This document shows, one piece after another, positions 1-10,162 of a DNA stretch of 27,909 nucleotides (the first letter of the stretch is position 1; every line of letters starts with the position of its first letter). The DNA lies in the sequence record SRR20825019_2407, one strand, 5' to 3'. The notes beneath the pieces were generated by a model. The model saw only the letters and a list, made by a program, of their open reading frames with translations. It was not told the origin of the DNA and did not search any database. A program made the translations under genes and the position numbers.

Positions 1-2802
1 GTTTCCCTCAGTGGCGGCACCCCAACACAGGTGTCCAGTAGTGGCATGGCGGAAGCGCGTTGGACAAATGACGGTGAAACCATTCTTTACCGTGAAGAGA
101 AAGCTTACGAATCAGCCAACCGTAAACATGACAGGTCAGATTTCACGCGCGACATTTGGGCTTACAACACCAGATCCGGCGCCCATACGCAGCTCACCAC
201 AGACCCGGCAGGTGACCACACTCCCGTGCCAGACGGACAAGGCGGTTTCTATTTCCTGAGCGAGCGCGACGGCACATTTAACGTCTGGCATCAGGACAAG
301 GCTGGCAAAACCGAGCAGGTCACCAAACATGGCCCTCATGCGGCGCGGGCGCTCACAGCTTCCACCATGGGCAAGAAAAAAGGCACGCTTGCCTATCTCT
401 ATCTTGGTGATCTCTATACCGTCACACCGGGCGGGCGGCCCAAAATCGTCGATATCACCTTCACCGTTGATGGGCATGGGCGCGCGGTAGAAACCTTCCC
501 TGTGGCAGATAATATTGAGGAATTTGCTGTCTCCCCGAATGGAAAAGAGGTTGCCTTTGTCGTGCGCGGAGACGTTTTTGTCACCGCCACGGACTATGGC
601 ACCACGCGCCGCATTACAGATACCCCTGTGCGCGAACGTCATGTCTCTTTCACGCCTGATGGTAAAGGTCTGCTGTATGCAGGTGAGCGTGACGGCCGGT
701 GGCAGATATTTGAAAGCAAGCGGGCGGACGAAACCGAGCCCTATTTTTTCACCGCTACCAAGCTTGAGGAAAAACTGCTCTTCAGCACAGACGATAACGC
801 CTTCCAGCCGCAATCGTCACCAGACGGCAAAAAGGTGGCGTTCGTCGCGGGGCGTAACGGCTTGGATGTTTATGACCGCGAAAGCGGTGCCATCACCACA
901 GCACTTCCCAAGGAGTATAATTATTCCTATGTGGACGGTGATATCACCTACGCATGGGCACCCGACAGCCAATGGTTGACTGTTGATTTTGCACCAAACG
1001 GCCGTCTCTTTTTCACCAACATCGCTGTGGTGAAGGCCGACGGCAGCGAAGCACCACATGACATTAGCCTCTCAGGCTACACGGATATGGCACCAAGCTG
1101 GCACGGCACCGGTGGCATTGTCACATGGGCGACCGCTCGTTTTGGCCAGCGCGACCACGGAAGCCACGGCACACAATTTGATATTCATGCGGCTTTCCTT
1201 AACAAGGAAGCCTGGGACGAGTTTAACCTGAACGCTGAAGAGCTAGCTCTCAAGAAAGAAGCCGAAGAAGAAGCCAAAAAGGCCGAGAAAAGCGATGAGG
1301 AATCGGAAGATAAAAAAAACGCCGACGATGCGGATAAAAAGGTTGAACCAATCTCTATTGATTGGGGCGGTATTGAAGACCGCCAGAAACGGCTGACCAT
1401 CCATTCGTCTGACCTCGCGGGTGCTGTGCTTAGCAAGGACGCAGACAAGCTCTACTATTTATCAGCCTTTGAAGGCGGTTATGATCTCTGGGTTCATGAC
1501 TTCCGCGAAGAAGAGACCAAGAAACTCCTGCCTTTGGGCGCCGACAACGCGGCCTTGGAGCTGTCTGATGACGGCAAAGCCTTGTTTGTGCTGGCAGGAG
1601 GATCTTTACAAAAAGTCGACCTCGGCAGCGCCAAACCAAAAGGTATCAAGGTTGCCGCAAACCTCACGGTCAATCCAGATGCTGAACGCCAGTATCTTTT
1701 TGAACACATCTGGCAGCAGGTGAACGACAAGTTCTATAAACCCGATTTTCACGGAGCAGACTGGAACGCCATCTACCGTGACTATGGCCGCAAAATCGCC
1801 GCCCTTGGCAACAACCGCGACTTCGCCGAATTGATGGATGAAATGCTGGGCGAGCTGAACGCTTCCCACACAGGTGGCAGGTACCGTGCCAACCTGGGTG
1901 GTGACCGCACTGCATCCCTTGGTCTCCTCTTCAAGCCCGGCAGCTTTGAGGTCACCGAGGTTCTGGAAAAGAGCCCCATCAACGACCAATCAGAACCGGT
2001 AACGGCAGGCGCAACACTCACCGCGATTGACGGCACCGCACTGGATGATAGCGCGAATTATCATGAGCTCCTCAAGGGCAAAGCTGGCGACCGCACACGC
2101 CTCACTTTCAAGGGCGAGGACGATGAAACGTTTGATATCGTCGTCAAGCCCGCCAGCCTGAACGATGAAGCAAGCTGGATGTACGAGCGTTGGGTTGAAA
2201 GCCGGCGCGCGCTTGTAGACAAGCTCTCGAACGGCAGACTTGCTTACGTGCACGTGCCAGATATGAGCGACCGCACATACAGAAGCGTGTACCGTGAGAT
2301 GTTCGGGCGCGGCATGGCAAAAGAAGCTATGGTTGTGGATACACGGTTTAACCGCGGCGGCGACCTCACCGACGACCTCATCCAGTTGCTCGGTGGCAAA
2401 CAATATATGACCAACGTACCGAACGGTCGCAAAGCACAAGGCGAGCCGCTGACCCGCTGGACTAAGCCTTCCATTGTGCTGATGAACGAAGGTAACTATT
2501 CAGATGGTCACTGTTTCCCTGCAGGCTACACGTCGCTTGATATGGGCAAAACCGTGGGCATGCCAGTGCCGGGTACCTGCACCTATGTATGGTGGGAACG
2601 CCTGATGAGTGGCGATGTTGTCTTCGGCATTCCCCAACTGGGCGTTCAGGACAAGGAAGGTGACTGGCTGGAAAACAAGCAACTGGAACCCACCATCAAG
2701 GTCAAGAACAACCCGCGCGCGCAAGAGGTGGGGCAGGACCAACAGCTTGAAAAAGCCGTTGAGGTCATGCTTCAGGACCTTGACGCTGCAGGACAGAACT
2801 AA
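1..2802 (+). CDS. Tricorn-like S41 family peptidase (beta-propeller/PD40 repeats, PDZ, C-terminal S41 domain); 5' end truncated by the window
   Basis: Frame is open from base 1 (VSLSGGTPTQVSSSGMAE...), so the 31 start in the track is not the true start. TolB/PD40-like repeats (SPNGKEVAF, TPDGKGLLY, SPDGKKVAF), GELNASHTG (catalytic His region), DTRFNRGG, and NEGNYSDGH (catalytic Ser). Confidence 0.93.
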   Translation, partial: VSLSGGTPTQVSSSGMAEARWTNDGETILYREEKAYESANRKHDRSDFTRDIWAYNTRSGAHTQLTTDPAGDHTPVPDGQGGFYFLSERDGTFNVWHQDKAGKTEQVTKHGPHAARALTASTMGKKKGTLAYLYLGDLYTVTPGGRPKIVDITFTVDGHGRAVETFPVADNIEEFAVSPNGKEVAFVVRGDVFVTATDYGTTRRITDTPVRERHVSFTPDGKGLLYAGERDGRWQIFESKRADETEPYFFTATKLEEKLLFSTDDNAFQPQSSPDGKKVAFVAGRNGLDVYDRESGAITTALPKEYNYSYVDGDITYAWAPDSQWLTVDFAPNGRLFFTNIAVVKADGSEAPHDISLSGYTDMAPSWHGTGGIVTWATARFGQRDHGSHGTQFDIHAAFLNKEAWDEFNLNAEELALKKEAEEEAKKAEKSDEESEDKKNADDADKKVEPISIDWGGIEDRQKRLTIHSSDLAGAVLSKDADKLYYLSAFEGGYDLWVHDFREEETKKLLPLGADNAALELSDDGKALFVLAGGSLQKVDLGSAKPKGIKVAANLTVNPDAERQYLFEHIWQQVNDKFYKPDFHGADWNAIYRDYGRKIAALGNNRDFAELMDEMLGELNASHTGGRYRANLGGDRTASLGLLFKPGSFEVTEVLEKSPINDQSEPVTAGATLTAIDGTALDDSANYHELLKGKAGDRTRLTFKGEDDETFDIVVKPASLNDEASWMYERWVESRRALVDKLSNGRLAYVHVPDMSDRTYRSVYREMFGRGMAKEAMVVDTRFNRGGDLTDDLIQLLGGKQYMTNVPNGRKAQGEPLTRWTKPSIVLMNEGNYSDGHCFPAGYTSLDMGKTVGMPVPGTCTYVWWERLMSGDVVFGIPQLGVQDKEGDWLENKQLEPTIKVKNNPRAQEVGQDQQLEKAVEVMLQDLDAAGQN

Positions 2803-2825
2803 GAACAAAACGGAAGGGACAGACA

Positions 2826-4547
2826 ATGTCTAAACGCATTATCGGGCTTGCCGCCGCCGCTGTTGTGGTTGCTGGCGCCTATTATTACTATCAGGAGCAG
2901 CAGAAAACCTGTTGCGGGCCCGAGCCAATGCCAATGGAGGCCGAGCAGTCGGCCCCTATGGAAGACGCAAGCGCCTATAACCTTGCCCAACAGCGGGCAA
3001 AAATCGCCCGCATCGACATGAACACCGACACAAGCTTCCTCTCGGACGAAGAAAAAGCGGTCATCAACAAGCTGATCATAGCGGCGAACTATATGTCGGA
3101 CATATACCTGCGCCAACGCAGCGAAGATAACCCTGAGGTTCGGGCAGAAATCGAAGCGTCAAACCTTCCGAACAAAGACCTGCTTCTCGACATGTTCGAC
3201 CTGCATTTCGGCCCGTGGGATACGCTTGATGAGGCACACCCGTTCTATGGTGACAAGGAAATGCCAAAGGGCGCTGCCTTCTACCCCGAGGACATGACAC
3301 AAGCAGAGTTCAACGCATGGCTTGAGGCCCACCCGGAAGACCGTGAAGCTTTCACCAGCCTCTACACCGTTATCCGTCGGGACGGTGACAAGCTTGTCGC
3401 CATTCCATACCGCGAACACTACCGCGAGTGGCTTGAGCCTGCCGCCCAGGCACTGCGCGAAGCGGCCGATATTACCAGCAACCCGAGCCTGAAAGACTTC
3501 CTTGCCAAACGCGCGGAAAGCTTCCTTACCGACGAGTATTTCGAAAGCGAGCTCGCATGGATGGACCTTGAAGGCACACCAATCGAAGTCGCAATCGGGC
3601 CTTATGAGGTCTATACCGATGGCCTCTTTGGTTACAAAGCCGCCTATGAAGCCTTCATCACCATCAAAAACCCGGAAGAGAGCGCCGCCGTCGCACGCTA
3701 TAAGGACTACCTGCGCGATATGGAAGCAAACCTGCCGGTGGACGAGTCTTATAAAAACTTCAAACGCGGGTTCGAGAGCCCCATTGCCGCCACAGAACAA
3801 ATCCATGGCGGCGGTGACAATGTACCGGGCGTTCAGACTATTGCTTTCAACCTACCGAATGATGAGCGGGTACGCGAAGCCAAGGGCGCCAAGAAAGTCC
3901 TCCTGAACAACGTGCTTGAAGCCAAGTTCAAGCTTATTCTCGCGCCAATGGCAGAACATATTCTGGTGCCTGCGCAAGCCGAGCAGGTGATGGCCAGATA
4001 TATGGCGCTTGAAACGCTCTTCCACGAACTCAGTCACAGCTTAGGCCCAGGCACCATCACAAAAAATGGCGTCGAGACCACCGTTGGCGCAGAGTTGAAA
4101 GAGCTGTATTCCGCGATTGAGGAGGGCAAGGCCGACATCATGGGGGTCTATAATATCCTCTTCATGATGGAGAAGGGCGAACTGCCAAAAACAGAACGCG
4201 ACAGTATGCTTGCCAGCTATTTTGTTGGCATGTTCCGCGCCATGCGCTTTGGCACAGATGAAGCGCATGGTCAGGGCGCTGCCTTCCAGTACGCCATGCT
4301 CAAGGAAGCTGGCGCCTTCTCAACGGACACTGAAACAGGGCTGTTTGTACTGGACTTTGACAAGCTCGAAGCTGCTGTCACCGATATGGTACGCACGGTT
4401 GTGATGCTGCAGGGGGACGGTGACTATGACGCCGCTAAAACCTTCCTGAACACATACGCCAAACTTGATGATGCAGCAAAAGCTGCCATCAAACGCACGG
4501 CAGATATTCCCGTGGACGTTCAGCCGATTTATCCGGAAAAGCTTTAA
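2826..4547 (+). CDS. Dipeptidyl-peptidase III family (M49) zinc metallopeptidase, HEXXH type, with N-terminal membrane/signal segment
   Basis: IGPYEVYTDGLFGYKAAYEAF, AFNLPNDERV, LFHELSHSLGP and IEEGKAD motifs; RBS GGAAGGGA upstream; 23 bp after the tricorn stop. Confidence 0.9.
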   Translation: MSKRIIGLAAAAVVVAGAYYYYQEQQKTCCGPEPMPMEAEQSAPMEDASAYNLAQQRAKIARIDMNTDTSFLSDEEKAVINKLIIAANYMSDIYLRQRSEDNPEVRAEIEASNLPNKDLLLDMFDLHFGPWDTLDEAHPFYGDKEMPKGAAFYPEDMTQAEFNAWLEAHPEDREAFTSLYTVIRRDGDKLVAIPYREHYREWLEPAAQALREAADITSNPSLKDFLAKRAESFLTDEYFESELAWMDLEGTPIEVAIGPYEVYTDGLFGYKAAYEAFITIKNPEESAAVARYKDYLRDMEANLPVDESYKNFKRGFESPIAATEQIHGGGDNVPGVQTIAFNLPNDERVREAKGAKKVLLNNVLEAKFKLILAPMAEHILVPAQAEQVMARYMALETLFHELSHSLGPGTITKNGVETTVGAELKELYSAIEEGKADIMGVYNILFMMEKGELPKTERDSMLASYFVGMFRAMRFGTDEAHGQGAAFQYAMLKEAGAFSTDTETGLFVLDFDKLEAAVTDMVRTVVMLQGDGDYDAAKTFLNTYAKLDDAAKAAIKRTADIPVDVQPIYPEKL

Positions 4548-4568
4548 CCGCAAGTTTGCACAGCAAAC

Positions 4569-4599
4569 AAAAAGGCGCCTCTAATGTGGCGCCTTTTTT
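4569..4599. terminator. Bidirectional intrinsic terminator between DPP III and the convergent histidine kinase
   Basis: AAAAAGGCGCC-tctaatgt-GGCGCCTTTTTT: GC stem flanked by A and T tracts; overlaps the kinase stop codon. Confidence 0.85.
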
Positions 4600-6343
4600 A
4601 CTTTCCCCGCTCAATAGGCAGCTTGATCACAAACCGCGCACCGCCGCCCTCCGGCTCTTCAAGCAAAATGGTACCACGCAACTTCTGATACACCGTATTA
4701 TACACGATGTTGAGCCCAAGGCCCGACCCCCCCTTGTTGCGCGCCGTGGTGAAAAAGGGTTCGAATATCTTGTCGCGAATATCTTCCGGAATGCCAGCAC
4801 CATTGTCGATCACCTCAAGAAACATACCGTCAGTGGTTCGACGTGCGCAGACTCTGACTTCTTTGCATCCTTCCCACTCATCTGGAAACGCGTGAAGGGC
4901 TGCATTCATGATGAGATTGGTGAGTACATGGGAGATGTCCCCTGCCACCGTCTTCAGGTGAAGGTCGCCCTGAGCCTCTGCCTTAACCATCACCCCCGCC
5001 TTGCGGAGCGTGGGTTTAAGGCTATCCACCACCTCACCGATATAAGCGCCAACATCCAGTTCACGAACATCATCCGCCACTTGGTCAACAGCTACCATTT
5101 TAAAGCTGCGAATAAGGTGTGCGGCGCGCTCAAGGTTCCGCTCCGCAACCATGGTGCCTTCAGATACTGCCTCCATAAAGCCGCTGAGGTCAGATCGCTT
5201 GATAGAACCGGTTTTAACAGCGCGCTCAAAACCACTAAGCTCCTCTGCCATATGGGTAATGCTCGTAAGTGCCACGCCAAGTGGCGTGTTGATCTCGTGC
5301 GCCACGCCCGCAACCAGCCCGCCAAGCGATGCCATTTTCTCAGACCGGATCAATTCGTCCTGTGCGAGCTTGAGCGTTTCCATCGCGCCCTCAAGTTCCT
5401 TGGTGCGGCTTTTAACCCGCGCTTCCAGCATTTCATTAAAACCGCGCAGGCCCTCTTCCGCCACCTGCCTGTCGTGCGCCTCAAGCATACGGATGATCAA
5501 ACCGCTGAGATAAGAAACGAAAGATATCTCGCTTGTCGTCCACACCCGCTCATGCCCCGCTTCCGCCACAAGCACAACGCCAACTGCGCGCGGGCCGCGG
5601 CATATAGGCACCAGCAGTAAGGACTGAAACGGCGGCTCTGCGCCGAGCTGGACATCAAAGCCTTCAAGCTCATCGGCCCCGTCCACACAGGTGATGCTCG
5701 TGGGTCTGGCAGTTTTCACCGCCCTAAAAAGCGCCGCGCAATTCTCTTCATCAACACGGCCAAGGTCCCGGTGGCCCTTATCAGCTTCCCAATAACTTTC
5801 CTGCGCATAGAGGGCCGTGCTGTCGACATTCAGGAGCCATATATCAGTACGCGAAGCGCCTAATGCCTCACACGCAACCTCGGTGATAATTTCATACGCC
5901 CGAGCTTTGGTGCCGTTATAAATCGCTTCTTCTGCTGCAAGCTTGGTCAGCGCCGCATCCATACGTGCAACCGCATCCATGGTGCGTTTTTTGGCAGACA
6001 GGTCACGGATCAGGGTCACAACCCCACCGTCTGGCAACGGCAGGTCATCGATGGCAAAAACGCCGTCTTCCCCAAAACGAAACCCACCCATATCAGAGGA
6101 CAGCGGCTTGTTTCCTTCCGTGCGTTCGGTCAGGTCGTCGATGGTGGTACGGAAGGCATCTTCCCGGCGCAACACGTCGCGAACCTCATCCCGTGTCAGG
6201 CCGGTCATGTCTTGTTTTCCGAAAATTGGGAAAATCTCGGGCACCCGTTCGTTATAGGACAGCAGCCGACCGTCGGCACCGTAAACGATATAGGCCACCT
6301 TGACCGCTATCAGTTGACCGTCGCCCACTTCCCCCGATAACAT
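4598..6343 (-). CDS. Cytoplasmic sensor histidine kinase (PAS-like + GAF + HisKA + HATPase)
   Basis: H-box [12 protein letters not shown]-box [14 protein letters not shown]1 DNGAGIP, F-box IFEPFFTT, G2 GGSGLGL. GAF signature SLLLVPI...[22 protein letters not shown]. No hydrophobic TM segment seen. Start overlaps the upstream stop (TGATG at 6341-6345). Confidence 0.93.
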   Translation of the reverse strand: MLSGEVGDGQLIAVKVAYIVYGADGRLLSYNERVPEIFPIFGKQDMTGLTRDEVRDVLRREDAFRTTIDDLTERTEGNKPLSSDMGGFRFGEDGVFAIDDLPLPDGGVVTLIRDLSAKKRTMDAVARMDAALTKLAAEEAIYNGTKARAYEIITEVACEALGASRTDIWLLNVDSTALYAQESYWEADKGHRDLGRVDEENCAALFRAVKTARPTSITCVDGADELEGFDVQLGAEPPFQSLLLVPICRGPRAVGVVLVAEAGHERVWTTSEISFVSYLSGLIIRMLEAHDRQVAEEGLRGFNEMLEARVKSRTKELEGAMETLKLAQDELIRSEKMASLGGLVAGVAHEINTPLGVALTSITHMAEELSGFERAVKTGSIKRSDLSGFMEAVSEGTMVAERNLERAAHLIRSFKMVAVDQVADDVRELDVGAYIGEVVDSLKPTLRKAGVMVKAEAQGDLHLKTVAGDISHVLTNLIMNAALHAFPDEWEGCKEVRVCARRTTDGMFLEVIDNGAGIPEDIRDKIFEPFFTTARNKGGSGLGLNIVYNTVYQKLRGTILLEEPEGGGARFVIKLPIERGK

Positions 6344-7941
6344 CAGCTTGGCCCGCCGTCCGGCAATTCAAGTACAGGCTCGTCGCTGTATCTCAAATAA
6401 AGCTGTCTGATCTCGGGCATATGCGCCATGAGCGCATCCACCAGCGCGGGCTGGAAATGTTTGCCGCGCTCCGCTTGCATTAGCGCGAGCACCTCGTCTT
6501 CTGGCCAGGCCGGTTTATAACAGCGTTCAGACAACAGAGCGTCAAACACATCCGCTATTGCTGTGATGCGGCCAACGAGCGAAATTTCCTCCCCCTTCAA
6601 GCCGCGCGGATACCCGGTGCCGTCCCATTTTTCATGGTGGTCGCGCGCGAGGTCAGCGGCCACGCGCAATAATTCCCGATCTGACCCCTGGAGTATTTCA
6701 AAACCCAGCCGAGCATGGCTGCGCATGATCTCGGTTTCATCGTCGGTGTGACGGCCCGGCTTGTTAAGCACCGCATCCGGTATGCCAACCTTGCCGATAT
6801 CATGGAGGGGAGAAGCGAGGCGTAAAACTTCAACATCGTGCTCCCCCATGCCCATGGCTTTGCCGAGCAATTTTGAAAGCTCTGCCACGCGTTTAACGTG
6901 GTTGCCGGTTTCGTTACTGCGGGTTTCCACTGCCTCAGAAAGCCGGTAAACCACCTCACGCTGCGTATCCACAAGCGTGTTACGTAGGTAAAGATTTTCA
7001 ACAGCGATCAAAACGTTACGCACAAATATCTGAATGAGGTGAGTGTCGATCTCCTCCGGGCGCCCTTCTCCAACAAGATAGAGAATACTGGCCCGGCCTG
7101 AGTTGCCCACCACCATGCCAACATATGACCCCTCAACCCAGAAACCATATTCGCCGCGCCCGCGTTGGCGGTGTTCTTCAATGGCGGAGGATACCTTGCC
7201 AGGCAAAATACCCCAGGCCGACTGTCCCACGCTTTTACTGAAACGGCCGGTGCCTGCCACCAGCGTCATTTCCTTGCGGTCATGGGTGGCTGCGGCAGCT
7301 TCCTCGAGCGAAAAGGCCACATCAAGCCCGCCCACCACAAGGGATGAAACCTGCTCAAGCACGCCGCTGGCAAAATTACCCAGGAACTGTTCCTTGAACA
7401 TCTGGGCCGACGCCCCGATCACACGCTCAAGCCCGCGTTTGCTAGCCTCAATAATATGGATATCGCGGTAGCTTCTAAGCGTCGCGTACATCAGCGTGAA
7501 CAGCTTCGTGGCGTTCAGGTCTGTTTTTTCTTTATAGTCGTTGATGTCATACCGCACGATCACGTCGCGCTCTGGCGCCTGACCTGGCTGCCCGGTACGC
7601 AGCACAATGCGCACGGTGTGATTCTTCAGATCACCCCGGATAAACTCAACCAGATCGAGACCGGCCGAGTCGTTTTCCATCACCACATCAAGCAGAATGA
7701 CGGCGATATCGCTTTCCGCACCCAATATATGATGCGCTTCCGATGCCGAATTTGCCTGCAAAAACTCAAGGGGGCGTCCATCAAACTGGAAACCCTTAAG
7801 CGCCAATTTGGTAGCGACATGAACATCCGGTTCGTCGTCTACGATAAGGATACGCCAAGGGGTTCTGGCGTTTCTGGCTGCCGGTTCGCCGTCTTCAATC
7901 TGCAGATCATCGTCTTCGATGATCAGATAGTCATCGGACAT
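6343..7941 (-). CDS. Response regulator with REC, central DUF3369-like and HD-GYP domains (RpfG-like c-di-GMP phosphodiesterase)
   Basis: REC: ILIVDDEPDV, ILLDVVME, LRTGQPG. HD-GYP: LHDIGKVGIPDAVLNKPG, HHEKWDGTGYPRGL, IADVFDAL. ATG at 7941 preferred over TTG 7959 because AAGGA lies just upstream. Confidence 0.93.
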   Translation of the reverse strand: MSDDYLIIEDDDLQIEDGEPAARNARTPWRILIVDDEPDVHVATKLALKGFQFDGRPLEFLQANSASEAHHILGAESDIAVILLDVVMENDSAGLDLVEFIRGDLKNHTVRIVLRTGQPGQAPERDVIVRYDINDYKEKTDLNATKLFTLMYATLRSYRDIHIIEASKRGLERVIGASAQMFKEQFLGNFASGVLEQVSSLVVGGLDVAFSLEEAAAATHDRKEMTLVAGTGRFSKSVGQSAWGILPGKVSSAIEEHRQRGRGEYGFWVEGSYVGMVVGNSGRASILYLVGEGRPEEIDTHLIQIFVRNVLIAVENLYLRNTLVDTQREVVYRLSEAVETRSNETGNHVKRVAELSKLLGKAMGMGEHDVEVLRLASPLHDIGKVGIPDAVLNKPGRHTDDETEIMRSHARLGFEILQGSDRELLRVAADLARDHHEKWDGTGYPRGLKGEEISLVGRITAIADVFDALLSERCYKPAWPEDEVLALMQAERGKHFQPALVDALMAHMPEIRQLYLRYSDEPVLELPDGGPS

Positions 7942-8051
7942 AATGCGTCCTTCGAGCAAAGGTTGTTACGCAACATGCCCGCAGGACCGACTAGGCAGTT
8001 GCTACTCAGGACAGATGCAACCCACCATGGCAGAAACCCTTTTACGATTTG

Positions 8052-8588
8052 TTAATTATGCCCCGGCTGGCAAACTATTCCACTGGACCTGAGGCTCACT
8101 TTGACATGGAGGAAAAGACGGTCGATACGCTCGCCGTCCTCGGATAGCGGCACATAAAGAACCCCGACCTTCAGGTGGCTTTTCTCGGCCGATAGCGCCG
8201 CCGTTTCCGCATACACCGGGCGCTGTGTTTCAACACACTGCCGACAGCTTACAAGGATGCGTTCCGCCACCTCTGGCGCCGCGCCTTCGGTCACTGTCAG
8301 CCCGGTAATTTCACCATAGAAGCTGGCAACCGTCGTGCCCATCAGCTGGATCACCGCGTCCACAAACACGTCATTTTCATCATACATTACTGAAAACAGG
8401 CAAACCTCGGTCAGAATATCCTTCAATTCAGATGGCTGGACATCCGCACGGTTTGGAAGGCGCTTTCCACCCGTCTTCGCCTCAAAATACTTAAGCCTCT
8501 TGTCCACATGCTCATATTTTCCGCGCACCTCTTCCGCATCGAGCACCGAGTAGAGGTCAAAATCGTGATCCTCTCGGGTTTGAGGCAT
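8052..8588 (-). CDS. Stand-alone PAS-domain protein (PAS_5/DUF1457-like)
   Basis: Pattern LPNRADVQPSELKDIL...LMGTTVASFYGEITG...LYVPLSEDGERIDR matches the alphaproteobacterial PAS_5 family as recalled. Confidence 0.8.
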   Translation of the reverse strand: MPQTREDHDFDLYSVLDAEEVRGKYEHVDKRLKYFEAKTGGKRLPNRADVQPSELKDILTEVCLFSVMYDENDVFVDAVIQLMGTTVASFYGEITGLTVTEGAAPEVAERILVSCRQCVETQRPVYAETAALSAEKSHLKVGVLYVPLSEDGERIDRLFLHVKVSLRSSGIVCQPGHN

Positions 8589-8662
8589 TTTATTTTCAAG
8601 CGAATTAGAGATGGGCTTAGCTCCAGATATGTTCTCATCCCAAGATAGTGAAACACCTTAAC

Positions 8663-10162
8663 TTATTTGTGGGCGACTTTGCCACGAAGTTTATTGAATG
8701 TACCAACAAGCGGGGACCGGAAGAAAAAGAGAAGGAACGGAGCCACAACAAGTGTGGCCAAGCCGCTGACCGCGAGATTGAGGAACGGCGAGCCGAGCTG
8801 CAATGCCTCCAGATAATCGCGCAAAATCAACATCAGGATACCGTAGAGCGTCATCATCAAGGCTGGTGGCCAGATCGTACCCAGAATATCGCGCACCGAA
8901 ATATCGATCATTTTTGAAAGCGCCACCTGGGAGACAAGCGTGAACACAAGGTTTGGAATAACGAACGAGAACGCCATGACAAGAATGCCGTATGGCGCCG
9001 CAAGCGCAAGCACCACCACGCGCGCCAAAAAAGTTACCACGTCAACGGTGAAAGATACTTTGGTTTTGCCCAGCGCGAACATCAATTCACGCCCAATGAA
9101 AAAGGGTGCGCTCACGATCGCCGCCAGCGCCAGCGCACGCGCAGGCGCGCCCGCAGCACCCCACTGGTCACCATAAAGAAGTAAAATCGCGTGGTCGCCA
9201 AAAACAGCGAGCCATACCAATGCGGGCCACAGGAAATCTGAGATCGCACGGAGCCGGTACAGATACACGCTTCCCATCTCGTGGCCATCGCGCTTTTCAC
9301 TGGAAAACGTGGGGAAAAGCACCGCACCAATCACACCAAAAAGCTGGTCCCAGACCATGCGGTTCATGGCTGCTGCCCGGTCGTAAAGCCCGGCGGCAGA
9401 AATACCAAGCGACTTGCCGACAATCAGATCAGGCGCGGAATTCCCCGCCATAGTGACGAAGGTCGACCCCGCAATCCAGCCACCATAGGCCAACGCTTCT
9501 TTGGCATGGCTGAAGGCAACACCAAAATCGCTGAGGTGCAGATGCCGAGTGGCACAAATGGCTGTGTGGAACACCAGAAACGACACCGTGCCCGCCGCCA
9601 GCGCGTAGTAACTGTACCCCTGAAGCGCGAGCCCCACGGAGACAAATGCTGACAAAACCGTTGCTGCAAATTCAATGGACGCGAGAAAACCAAACTGGAG
9701 CGCGCGCGCGGCGCGGGTCTGGATGATCATCTGGAACGGAAAAATGATAAAATTCAGGCTCAGTATATGCAGCATGCCAGCCATGGCCGGCTGGCCATAA
9801 TAAGCGCTCAGTGGTCCCGCGGCGATATTGAACCCGGCACAGAGTATCAACCCAAACCCAAACACCAGCGTAAAGCCCGAGCGAACCCGCGCTTTCTCTA
9901 TCGTTTTTGACTGCATCAAAAACTGATTGACGCCCAGGCCACGTACCCCGTTGGCAACCATCAGCGCCGCAAACGAGATGGCAAAAAGGCCAATCTCGCT
10001 GGGGCTCAATAGTCGCGCTATCCAGGCTGAGCTGACAAGCTGCACGACAGCCTGCAAGCCACGCGCGGCAAACATCCAGGACATGGATTTTCCTACCGAT
10101 GTCGCCCCCTTTTGGGTCACATCAGCTTCTCGCGCCTTAGGTGTTTCTGGTTCTTCGCTCAT
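8663..10162 (-). CDS. Oligosaccharide flippase (Wzx/WzxC-like, MOP superfamily)
   Basis: ARLLSPSEIGLFA, DLIVGKSLGISAAGLYDRA and LLLYGDQWGAA motifs; about 12-14 hydrophobic segments. Confidence 0.88.
   Translation of the reverse strand: MSEEPETPKAREADVTQKGATSVGKSMSWMFAARGLQAVVQLVSSAWIARLLSPSEIGLFAISFAALMVANGVRGLGVNQFLMQSKTIEKARVRSGFTLVFGFGLILCAGFNIAAGPLSAYYGQPAMAGMLHILSLNFIIFPFQMIIQTRAARALQFGFLASIEFAATVLSAFVSVGLALQGYSYYALAAGTVSFLVFHTAICATRHLHLSDFGVAFSHAKEALAYGGWIAGSTFVTMAGNSAPDLIVGKSLGISAAGLYDRAAAMNRMVWDQLFGVIGAVLFPTFSSEKRDGHEMGSVYLYRLRAISDFLWPALVWLAVFGDHAILLLYGDQWGAAGAPARALALAAIVSAPFFIGRELMFALGKTKVSFTVDVVTFLARVVVLALAAPYGILVMAFSFVIPNLVFTLVSQVALSKMIDISVRDILGTIWPPALMMTLYGILMLILRDYLEALQLGSPFLNLAVSGLATLVVAPFLLFFFRSPLVGTFNKLRGKVAHK

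Noticed and set aside
136-813. 225-aa minus-strand ORF, and the many similar 60-220 aa antisense or alternate-frame ORFs in the track
   Set aside because: They lie within well-supported genes, have no recognisable motifs, and are expected from codon bias in GC-rich DNA.
1250-1345. Lys/Glu/Asp-rich low-complexity stretch in the tricorn protease
   Set aside because: Charged linkers at this position are common in bacterial tricorn homologues; not a DNA repeat.
4556-5620. 354-aa plus-strand ORF
   Set aside because: Antisense shadow of the histidine kinase; TTG start with no RBS, crosses a terminator, atypical His/Arg-rich composition.
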